Source: an uncultured Gemmatimonadota bacterium
Lineage (GTDB): Bacteria; JAAXHH01
Reading direction: 5' to 3'
Assembly (NCBI GenBank): GCA_951812955.1
Contig: OX638340.1
Span: 2,080,001-2,144,000, forward strand
DNA: 64,000 bases
Shown here: positions 43,773-51,578 of the stretch, piece after piece
How the letters are laid out: every line of letters begins with the position of its first letter
Numbering within the stretch: the stretch's first letter is position 1
Translations under genes and position numbers: made by a program
Notes under the pieces: generated by a model
What the model saw: only the letters and a program-made list of their open reading frames with translations
Told to the model about the DNA's origin: nothing
The model's database searches: none

Positions 43773-43890
43773 TACCGCCGCGGACCGCTACAGTGGGCGT
43801 TCAGAACTCGGAGGTCGAATCCCATGGATCTGGCGAAAGTCGGTCGGTGATACCGCCGCGGACCGGCACGGTGGGCGTTCAGGACTCGGA
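43737..43890. repeat. Tandem duplication of a 77-bp unit covering the last 12 codons and stop of the PHP gene plus 38 bp downstream
   Basis: Unit 1 at 43737-43813 and unit 2 at 43814-43890, about 93% identical; the second copy re-encodes ..SNPMDLAKVGR-stop. Confidence 0.75.
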
Positions 43891-43946
43891 GACTGCCGTC
43901 CCGCGTGTTGGAGGGCGTCTGCGGTCGGCCGATGGCCGATTCGAAG

Positions 43947-45581
43947 CTACGGAAGGTCCTGCCGAAGCATGACCTCGGTGAGAACGACGGCCGATGTCGA
44001 CGCATTGTCATCGTAGTAGGTAACGAAGCGCTTCGTCTCATGGGCGTCGTAGGGGGCGAGGTTCTGCGCCCACCGGAAGCCGATGGTCTGGAACATCAGC
44101 CGTGCCCTGACTACGATTCCCTGCACACCCGGCCGCGCGGCGACGCGGTACTGGACCCTGTCGCTTCCGGCCTGGAAATCCCCATCTTCCCGCGCCGCTC
44201 CATGCACCATGATTGCGGCTTCGGCGCTCTCCTTGTCGAACCCCTCGGGCAGCAGGCGGTTGTCCTTGGCGTAGGTGACGGCCGATAGCAGGCCCGTGGT
44301 AACTCCACCTGACCCGTCCGCGATGATCGGCTCATAAATCTGTACCTGGCCGGGGTCGTCGATCACTTGGTAATGCGGCTCGAAGCGGCTACCGTCCGCG
44401 TCGTTGTCGTTACCCTTAATGCTCCCGTCGGGAAGCATGGCACCGGATTCAAACACCACGTCCCCGCCGTCATCACGAACCTCGAGGTGGATCCAGGCCC
44501 TTCGCGACGGATAGGCCGTCGGCAGCTTGTGGCCCGCCAGGTTCGACACTTTAAGATCGATAACGTATTGGTTCTCCGCGCGGGAGACTGCCAGCACCTC
44601 CAATTGAGCTGTCGCAGTCTGCAAGTGCTCCCGCGTCGCCTCGGCGGCGCGCTGAAGATCGCTTGACGGCGCGGTGACCAGCAGCTCGTCCCGATACCTG
44701 TCCAGCAAACGCAACATAAACTCGTTGCCGCCGCGAAACACATGGCGCGAGACATTCTCCCTGTACTCCCCGAGCACCGAGGAGATGGGGGCCGATGAGG
44801 TCTCCGGCATGTGGCAGGACTGGCAGCTTTCGGTCGCCGAAAAGGCGCTGTGTCGCCATTCCAGGTAGGGCGTCTGCTCCGGGAAACGGGCTGTTTCTCG
44901 CCCTTCCGCGTCCAAACTTGTCGTGAACAGGGTGTGGCAGGTCGCGCACAGTTCCGATTCCTGCAGATGCGCGGATGAATCCGGTGTGAAACCGGTGGCG
45001 GACTGCATGATCCGGCGCCGCCCGTCGTCCACGTCGAAGGGCCCGAAGATCTGAGGGTCGGTGCCTGTGCTTGAACGGATCACGAAGTTCCCATCGAAAC
45101 TCGATTCCTCGCCGAAATTGTCGGGCCGGATCTGATGGCAGGTGGTGCAGGACACCCCATCGAGGGCCAACATGGCGCGCTCGTCGCCCTGCCGCGCGGC
45201 TTCCAGGTGTGCGAACACTTCTCCCAGTCCGCCGTTTTCCTTCGCCAGCACACGCGCCATGGGCATATGGCAGGTCGAGCAGGTGTCCTCGATCTCTGCC
45301 CGGGCGTCCGGATGGTCGGTCACTTCCCGGCGTACGGATGCCTGCCAGTAGGGATCCCGCGCCGAATGCGCCATGACGGAACCGCGCCATACGTGCCCGA
45401 TGGAGACGTCCGTTCCGTCCGGACCGGTTATATTGCTGTGACAGGCGATGCACTGGTCCGAAGTGACGAACGTGCTTTGATCCCCGGACTGCGCCTCGAC
45501 CGATGCGCACGCGAGCCAGGCGAAGGCGAGCGGCGCCAGCGTGAGGCACGTCAGCAACCGCCCCGTGTAGTTACCAGCCAT
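43947..45581 (-). CDS. Secreted pentaheme c-type cytochrome
   Basis: Signal peptide (..LAPLAFAWLACASVEA). Five CxxCH motifs (CIACH, CSTCH, CTTCH, CATCH, CQSCH). 544 aa. Overlaps the upstream gene by 11 nt. Confidence 0.8.
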   Translation of the reverse strand: MAGNYTGRLLTCLTLAPLAFAWLACASVEAQSGDQSTFVTSDQCIACHSNITGPDGTDVSIGHVWRGSVMAHSARDPYWQASVRREVTDHPDARAEIEDTCSTCHMPMARVLAKENGGLGEVFAHLEAARQGDERAMLALDGVSCTTCHQIRPDNFGEESSFDGNFVIRSSTGTDPQIFGPFDVDDGRRRIMQSATGFTPDSSAHLQESELCATCHTLFTTSLDAEGRETARFPEQTPYLEWRHSAFSATESCQSCHMPETSSAPISSVLGEYRENVSRHVFRGGNEFMLRLLDRYRDELLVTAPSSDLQRAAEATREHLQTATAQLEVLAVSRAENQYVIDLKVSNLAGHKLPTAYPSRRAWIHLEVRDDGGDVVFESGAMLPDGSIKGNDNDADGSRFEPHYQVIDDPGQVQIYEPIIADGSGGVTTGLLSAVTYAKDNRLLPEGFDKESAEAAIMVHGAAREDGDFQAGSDRVQYRVAARPGVQGIVVRARLMFQTIGFRWAQNLAPYDAHETKRFVTYYDDNASTSAVVLTEVMLRQDLP

Positions 45582-46692
45582 CGCGGAAACCTCCGTCGAA
45601 CCAGTCCCACAACAGGTACATGACGATCTGCGGTTTACGGCTTAACTTCCTGGCGACCGGAACCCGCAACCCCACGTTGAGCAGAATGTGCTGGCGCGTG
45701 TTGAGCGAGACCTGCAGTTGAGGCACGAGGTCCATCGCGACACCGGAACCGGAATCAAGTTCGCGCCAAGCCAGGACCTCGACCATGGGACTCCAGGCCC
45801 GGCCGAACTCGCCATCCGTGAAGGTCCTGCCGATCAGCGCCCTTATGGCTACTTCATCCTCCACGGAGCCGCTCACGGCGAATTCACCCAGCGCCTGGGC
45901 CTGGAAAAAGGCGTCTCCGGGCATAAGCTGTACGATGGCCAGGTAAGGCTCCAGTTTCGTGGAGCCCGTACCGAAGCCGTTTTCTTCGTCGCCGGATGGC
46001 AAGATGACTTCGCCGCCTATACTGAAGGCATGACCACGCCCCAAGTCGTGGTACAGGGCATACTTGTAGCCAAGCGCCAGGTCCCCGAAGCCCAGGTTGG
46101 TCCCGTCGTCCCGCTCAGAATCGCGCCTGCCGAACGGGACCTTCACTTCGATCATGCCCCGGGGGCCGAACCGCTTCTCGTATACCGGCTCGATGATAAC
46201 GGCCTTGCTGTCGTCCGTGTCCAGCGTCAGATTGAATACCGTCTCGTCTTCGGGAAAGGCTTTCTCGGTAAACAGGGGCTTTGGAACGTTGAATTCGCCG
46301 CGTGGCCAGTTCTTGTTCGTGCAGAAGGTGCGGACATTGCCGAGGATAGCGTAGATTTCCTCGTCCGTGAGGGCATCCCCGAATGCGGGCATCATGCGGT
46401 CGAAGGCCCGCACCGGTCCCCCTTCATGGATCACGGCGTGCCAGTCGGGGTCGGGTTCGCGGGAAGCGAATTCGCAGTCCGTAAAGTCCGGAAGTTCCAG
46501 TGCAAACCCGCGCTCTTCGAGCGGACTTCCTCTTCCGTCCGATCCGTGACAGGCCGCGCAGGCCTGTTCATAGAGCTTTGCTCCGTCGAGCTTCGCCCCG
46601 ACGAGCTGGTCGGCGAAGGTGGAACGCTCCACAAACAGACCGTAAAGACTAAACAGTACCACTAAGCATTTGCAGCTATATCGCATATCCAC
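45571..46692 (-). CDS. Monoheme cytochrome c domain fused to an outer-membrane beta-barrel-like domain (transporter / MetA-pathway-like family)
   Basis: Signal peptide, then ..KLYEQACAACHGSDGRGSP.. (CxxCH plus a distal Met region ..RMMPAF..). The ~250-aa C-terminal domain has alternating-hydrophobic beta-strand patterns, a G.GD motif (NLGFGDLALGYKYALY) shared with the two downstream OMP paralogs, and a C-terminal aromatic (..FRDGW). Confidence 0.6.
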   Translation of the reverse strand: MDMRYSCKCLVVLFSLYGLFVERSTFADQLVGAKLDGAKLYEQACAACHGSDGRGSPLEERGFALELPDFTDCEFASREPDPDWHAVIHEGGPVRAFDRMMPAFGDALTDEEIYAILGNVRTFCTNKNWPRGEFNVPKPLFTEKAFPEDETVFNLTLDTDDSKAVIIEPVYEKRFGPRGMIEVKVPFGRRDSERDDGTNLGFGDLALGYKYALYHDLGRGHAFSIGGEVILPSGDEENGFGTGSTKLEPYLAIVQLMPGDAFFQAQALGEFAVSGSVEDEVAIRALIGRTFTDGEFGRAWSPMVEVLAWRELDSGSGVAMDLVPQLQVSLNTRQHILLNVGLRVPVARKLSRKPQIVMYLLWDWFDGGFRDGW

Positions 46693-46858
46693 GCCGGATC
46701 CCGCGCCATCGGGAGCCGCACTGGCCGGACTGGCCGGACTACGCCTGGCACGCTACGAACCGACCGGCCGGAAGGGCTTTCCGCGCTACCGTTGACGCGT
46801 TGATTGTAACTGTGTGTTAAATTAGACGGTTTTAGGAGAGGTTTCCTGCGATTCGAAT

Positions 46859-47308
46859 TCAGACCACCCGCTCGATCCGAACGCGCTTCACCCCTTCCCT
46901 GCGTATGCGGTAACACACTGCGATGAAATCATCGGCGTCGCCAACCATCCGGGCGAAGAGATTCACCGCGACGGGGCCGTCCGGCATATTTGGCCGGCCG
47001 TCCCTGCCGTAGAACCAGCACAGTTCGGTGATCCCGTCCAGCCACCCGTGCATGCGTCCTGGCTCCAGCCTGAAGTAGCAAATGTCACCGGGCAAGGTGC
47101 GGCTTGTCAGGTTCTCGGGCGGGATGACGATGTCCTTAGACAGGAAGTAAGCGATCTCGCTGCCCGAGTACACGGCGTGGATGCCCTCTTCCTCCAGGGG
47201 CAGCGCGTCCCAGACAGCCTGGCAGGTCTTCGGCGCCTCGTCCTCAAGCAACTCGGCAACTACCGAAACGCCTTCTTCGACAAAGGTCAAACGGATCCTA
47301 CGGGCCAT
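46859..47308 (-). CDS. Small cytoplasmic protein, DUF3830-like (cyclophilin-like fold family), unknown function
   Basis: 149 aa (MARRIRLTFVEEGVSVVAELLEDEAPKTCQAVWDALPLEEEGIHAVYSGSEIAYF..). Family recollection only. Confidence 0.4.
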   Translation of the reverse strand: MARRIRLTFVEEGVSVVAELLEDEAPKTCQAVWDALPLEEEGIHAVYSGSEIAYFLSKDIVIPPENLTSRTLPGDICYFRLEPGRMHGWLDGITELCWFYGRDGRPNMPDGPVAVNLFARMVGDADDFIAVCYRIRREGVKRVRIERVV

Positions 47309-47361
47309 GGCTTACTTTCAGATTCGCTTGCGTGGTCTTGATATAGCCAATCGAAATTGAA

Positions 47362-48171
47362 CTACAACTTCATGAATATCCCGATGTCCCAGGCCGACGC
47401 ATCCAGCAGATTGTGCGCACCCGTGTATTTCGTCACGCCCGCGGTAATCCCCGCGTCGGACGTGATGTAGAAATTGAGCTCCGGACCGAATGACACGTAC
47501 TGCTGGTCGTTTCGGGTCCACTCGCCATCCGACTTTCCCAGGGCTTTCACACCGCGAATCCAGCCGGAGAACCCGACTCGCTCGCCAGCCATGAAACCCG
47601 CTTCGAGAGCGTACCTCAGTTCGTCGGAGTAATCGCTTTCACGATTATTGAAGCCGATTTCGGCTTTCAGGTAGCCCGGTGTCGGCCACAGGGAACGACC
47701 GACCTGGAGCGAGAATAACTGGTTGAATTCACCATCGCCGGTGAACAGGCCGATTTCCTGGTCGGTATAGGAATCTCCCAGCGGCAATCCCGCCATGACC
47801 TGAATGCTCACGACCGTGGGCCCGCTGGTGAGCAACCCAATCCTGGCGCCAAGCTCCCAGTCCCCCGTACCCGTCTTGGTGTCGGACCCGTGCCTGTCTT
47901 CACTGATACGCTGATAAAAGGGAATGTACCCTACAAGTGTCAACCGGTCTACAAGGCCGAATTCACCATACAGGCTGGTCGTATATCTGCTCAGATCCGT
48001 TATGTCTACCCTGTCTCCGGACGGCTCGAAATACGAATTGCTCTTAATAAACTGCTCGTTCAGCTTGAAATAGCCCTTGCCCTGGGGATGGGTCCATCCA
48101 CCGGCGAATACCGTGGATACCTGGAGGATGAACCCCGCGAGCAAGGCGCCGGCATAGATGAGTTTGGACAT
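47362..48171 (-). CDS. Outer-membrane beta-barrel protein (paralog 1)
   Basis: Signal peptide (..LQVSTVFAGG). Alternating-pattern strands, GTGDWELGARIGLL motif, and a C-terminal ..GIFMKL typical of OMP termini; 269 aa. Confidence 0.55.
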   Translation of the reverse strand: MSKLIYAGALLAGFILQVSTVFAGGWTHPQGKGYFKLNEQFIKSNSYFEPSGDRVDITDLSRYTTSLYGEFGLVDRLTLVGYIPFYQRISEDRHGSDTKTGTGDWELGARIGLLTSGPTVVSIQVMAGLPLGDSYTDQEIGLFTGDGEFNQLFSLQVGRSLWPTPGYLKAEIGFNNRESDYSDELRYALEAGFMAGERVGFSGWIRGVKALGKSDGEWTRNDQQYVSFGPELNFYITSDAGITAGVTKYTGAHNLLDASAWDIGIFMKL

Positions 48172-48210
48172 GGCACACTCCCCTTAACGGATGCCGAACA
48201 GCAATATCTT

Positions 48211-49035
48211 CTACAGTTTCAGAAACAGCCCGAATTCCCAGGCTGGCGCGTCCAGCATGCTATGAGCCCGGGTGAATTTCGACATGCTGGCGGTAATTCC
48301 CGCATTAGGCGTAACATAGAAATCGACCTGGGGGCCGAAGGACAGGTACTCGATTTCGTAACGCGAACGGAATTCATCATCCGCTTTGCCGAGGACTTCG
48401 ATCCCGCGGAGCCAGACCGATACGCCCAACCTTTCAGCGACCGTGTAACCGGCTTCGAGACTATACCGAAGTTCATCGGAATAGTCGTCAATAGGATCGT
48501 CGTCGCCCTGTCTATTGTTATACCCGATTTCGGCTTTCAGGTAGCCGGGTACCGGGTAGAGTGAATGGCCCACCTGGAGCGAGAAGTGCTGGTTGAATTC
48601 GCCGTCGCCGGTCCAGAGGACGACACCCTGGTCTGATTCTCCCAACGGCAATCCCGCCAGGGCTTGCAGGCTGACCACCGTGGGGCCCTGTGCCAGAATA
48701 CCGATCCTGACCCCTATGTCCCAGTCGCCAATGCCTGAAGTCGAATCGAAGCCTTCGGCATCCACGCTGAACTTCGAATAAAACGGCATGTAGCCCACAA
48801 GAGTCACCCGGTCGAGCAAGCCGAATTCACCGTAAAGGCTCGTCGTATTGCCGCTTACGGTCGGTATCTCGGTTTTGGACCCGGTTGCCAGGAACAGTGA
48901 TTCGGCGCGCACGAACTGCTGGCTTAGTTTAAAGTACCCCTTGCCCTTCGGCTGAGTCCATCCGCCTGCGTGGGCAAGAGTTGAATAGCAGATCAACGCG
49001 GCTGTCATCAATGTGGCTGCTATGAACCTGTTCAC
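48211..49035 (-). CDS. Outer-membrane beta-barrel protein (paralog 2, ~55-60% identical to paralog 1)
   Basis: Signal peptide (..YSTLAHAGG) and the same motif set (GIGDWDIGVRIGIL .. GLFLKL); 274 aa; tandem paralog of the gene at 47362..48171. Confidence 0.55.
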   Translation of the reverse strand: MNRFIAATLMTAALICYSTLAHAGGWTQPKGKGYFKLSQQFVRAESLFLATGSKTEIPTVSGNTTSLYGEFGLLDRVTLVGYMPFYSKFSVDAEGFDSTSGIGDWDIGVRIGILAQGPTVVSLQALAGLPLGESDQGVVLWTGDGEFNQHFSLQVGHSLYPVPGYLKAEIGYNNRQGDDDPIDDYSDELRYSLEAGYTVAERLGVSVWLRGIEVLGKADDEFRSRYEIEYLSFGPQVDFYVTPNAGITASMSKFTRAHSMLDAPAWEFGLFLKL

Positions 49036-49061
49036 CTCATGCTCCTTTGTGATTCAGTTGC

Positions 49062-51452
49062 TCAAAATGATCCACTGCCGAGTGGCATATTCACAAACGC
49101 GCAATGAAGAATGACATTGCTGTAGGAGTCAATCGTCTCGCCCGCACGGGGTGTGAAGGTACTTGTAAAACTGCGGCTGCCTGTGACGTTCCCAAAATGC
49201 CTGGCGCCAGTAGGAGCGGGACCGCTACGCCAATTGATAGAGGCACTGGTGTATAGAAACAAATGTGCAGCAATCCCGCCTCCAGTGTTCATTCCGGTTA
49301 TGGTCAGTTTGAGTCGACCGCCGGAGACTTCTTCGAAGGTCACGGACCCGGCGGTGCTCGGATAGCTGCTCGTACCGGAAATTGAAGCAGTACGGCTTCT
49401 CAACATCGGTGGAGGCGGCGGAGGCTCGGTCACCGTCAACGACGCCGTACCGGACTTGCCGTCCACCTCTGCTGTTATCGTCGTGGATCCGGCATTCCGT
49501 GCCCTGGCCAGTCCCGTGGTGCTTATGGTCGCAACCGACGTGTTGCTGCTCGTCCACGTAAAAGTCTTCCCGGTAATCTCCATGTTGTTCGAGTCATAGG
49601 CTGTCGCAGTGAATCGTTGCGTCTCGCCTTCTTCGATCGAACGGGAAGATGGAGACACGGCAACCCGGTCAACTACGGGGGGTGGAGGCGGAGGTTCCGT
49701 CACCCTTAACGTCGCTGTGCCGGATACGCCGTCGACGGTTGCCGAGATCGTCGTGGAACCTGCATCCAGGCCCCTCGCCAACCCAGTTACACTTATCGTG
49801 GCTACCGTCTCATCAGAACTTGACCACGTAAACGTCTTGCCCGTTATCTCGGAATTGTCCGACGTGTGGGCGGTGGCAGAAAACCGCCGGGTCTCACCCT
49901 CCTCGATTGACGCTGAGGAGGGACTCACTGTCACGGTTGCGACCATCGGTGGTGGTGGCGGAGGTGGTTCGGTCACTGTGAGCGTCGCCGTGCCGGATAC
50001 TCCATCAGTCGTCGCCGTGATCATCGCTTCGCCCATTCCGACACCAGTCGCCAGGCCGTTCGCGTCGACCGTCGCCACCATGTCATCCGAACTCGACCAT
50101 GTAAACTCCACGTCCGGGATTTCCATCCCGTCCGACGTCATTGCCATCGCCGCGAACTGCTGCGTCGCGCCTACCTCGATCGTCGCTTCAAGTGGACTCA
50201 CTGACACCGTCGATACCACCGGCTCGGGTGGCGGTGGTTCGGTCACTGTGAGCGTCGCCGTGCCGGATACTTCGTCAGTCGTCGCCGTGATCATCGTTTC
50301 GCCCGTTCCGACACCGGTCGCCAGGCCATTCGCGTCGACCGTCGCAACCATCTCGTCAGAACTCGACCACGTAAACTCCGCGTCCGGGATTTCCATCCCG
50401 TCCGACGTCATTGCCATCGCCGCGAACTGCTGCGTCGCGCCTTCTTCGATCGTGGCTTCCGATGGACTCACTGTCACGGTTGCTACAACTGGCTCTACTG
50501 GCTCGGGTGGAGGCGGTTCGGTCACCGTCAGTGTCGCCATGCCGGATACACTGTCCGCGGTAGCCGTGATCATCGCCTCGCCTGCTCCTACACCACTCGC
50601 CAGGCCGTTCGCGTCGACCGTCGCCACCATCTCGTCAGAACTCGACCACGTAATCTCCGCGTCCGGGATATCCATCTCGTCCGATGTCGAAGCCATCGCC
50701 GCGAACTGCTGCGTCGCGCCTACCTCGATCATCGCTTCAGGTGGACTCACCGACACAGTCGATACCACCGGATCGGGAGGCGGAAGTTCGGCTACGTTAA
50801 TGGTAACCGGCGAACTCGCTATACCGTCCGCCGTGGCGCGGACCGTTGCCGTACCCGCTGCGACTGCCGTGGCAACGCCGGCCGATGTAATGGTCACTTT
50901 GCTGGTATCGCTGCTCGCCCATGAGAAACTGACACCTTCGCGAATGGCGCCTCCAGACGTCCGGGCCGTCGCCGTGAAGGTCACCATTTCCCCAACCATC
51001 AGCTCCTGGGTCGAGGAAGGAGAGATCGTGACCCGGGCCACGGCGGCCTGGGTGACCGTGATCGTCACCGGTTCGCTCACGATGCCGTTTCCCGTCGCTC
51101 TGATGGTCGCCGTACCAACACTTACCGCGGTTGCCCGTCCACCGGCACTGATGGTTACTACGGCGGTATTACTGCTGGACCAGGTATAATTGACACCGCT
51201 TATTACGGCGCCGTCGGAAGCCTTGGCGGTCGCAGCCAACTGTTGTGTTCTGCCCACTTCCAGAGACACCATGTTCGGACTCACTTCGATGCGAGAGACC
51301 GTCGGTGCGGGGGGAGGTGTCGGCGTCGGTGTGGGTGTTGTCGGCTCGGCCGGTCTGGTCGGGGAGGAGTCCCCACCGCCGCACCCGACATTCAGCAATG
51401 CGCTTGAAACCGCTATCATGATGAGACCGGTAGCAATCGACCTGAATGACAT
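49062..51452 (-). CDS. Cell-surface lipoprotein with nine tandem bacterial Ig-like (Big_2) domains and a distinct C-terminal domain
   Basis: Lipobox (..ALLNVGCGG) and a Pro/Thr-rich linker. Nine ~85-aa repeats of the form (V)SxSPxxxxIEVGxTQQFxAxAxTSDG..ITxxxFTWSSSDxxVATVDANGLATGVGxGExxITAT..GVSGTATLTVTEPPPP. The DNA repeats span about 49300-51100; the antisense ORF 49609..51189 is a shadow. Confidence 0.75.
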   Translation of the reverse strand: MSFRSIATGLIMIAVSSALLNVGCGGGDSSPTRPAEPTTPTPTPTPPPAPTVSRIEVSPNMVSLEVGRTQQLAATAKASDGAVISGVNYTWSSSNTAVVTISAGGRATAVSVGTATIRATGNGIVSEPVTITVTQAAVARVTISPSSTQELMVGEMVTFTATARTSGGAIREGVSFSWASSDTSKVTITSAGVATAVAAGTATVRATADGIASSPVTINVAELPPPDPVVSTVSVSPPEAMIEVGATQQFAAMASTSDEMDIPDAEITWSSSDEMVATVDANGLASGVGAGEAMITATADSVSGMATLTVTEPPPPEPVEPVVATVTVSPSEATIEEGATQQFAAMAMTSDGMEIPDAEFTWSSSDEMVATVDANGLATGVGTGETMITATTDEVSGTATLTVTEPPPPEPVVSTVSVSPLEATIEVGATQQFAAMAMTSDGMEIPDVEFTWSSSDDMVATVDANGLATGVGMGEAMITATTDGVSGTATLTVTEPPPPPPPMVATVTVSPSSASIEEGETRRFSATAHTSDNSEITGKTFTWSSSDETVATISVTGLARGLDAGSTTISATVDGVSGTATLRVTEPPPPPPVVDRVAVSPSSRSIEEGETQRFTATAYDSNNMEITGKTFTWTSSNTSVATISTTGLARARNAGSTTITAEVDGKSGTASLTVTEPPPPPPMLRSRTASISGTSSYPSTAGSVTFEEVSGGRLKLTITGMNTGGGIAAHLFLYTSASINWRSGPAPTGARHFGNVTGSRSFTSTFTPRAGETIDSYSNVILHCAFVNMPLGSGSF

Positions 51453-51578
51453 ACATCCTCCCGGTTTAACGATGGGCGAATCGCGTATTGTAGTTCCTCA
51501 TTGGGCAACCAAATACGTCGGAAAGTCCATCAATGGGTCATTCCACTAACTGGTCATTCCACTTGAACCCTGTGATTT

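Noticed and set aside
43737-43830. tRNA-like T-arm motif (ggtcgaatccc) inside the 77-bp repeat, suggesting a tRNA-derived attachment site
   Set aside because: The flanking stems do not pair into a cloverleaf. The sequence is in-frame coding for the PHP protein C-terminus (..SNPMDLAKVGR), and no integrase is nearby.
49609-51189. 526-aa plus-strand ORF made of Gly/Ser/Val repeats
   Set aside because: Antisense of the Big_2 repeat lipoprotein gene. The minus-strand product has lipobox, Big_2 periodicity and a distinct C-terminal domain.
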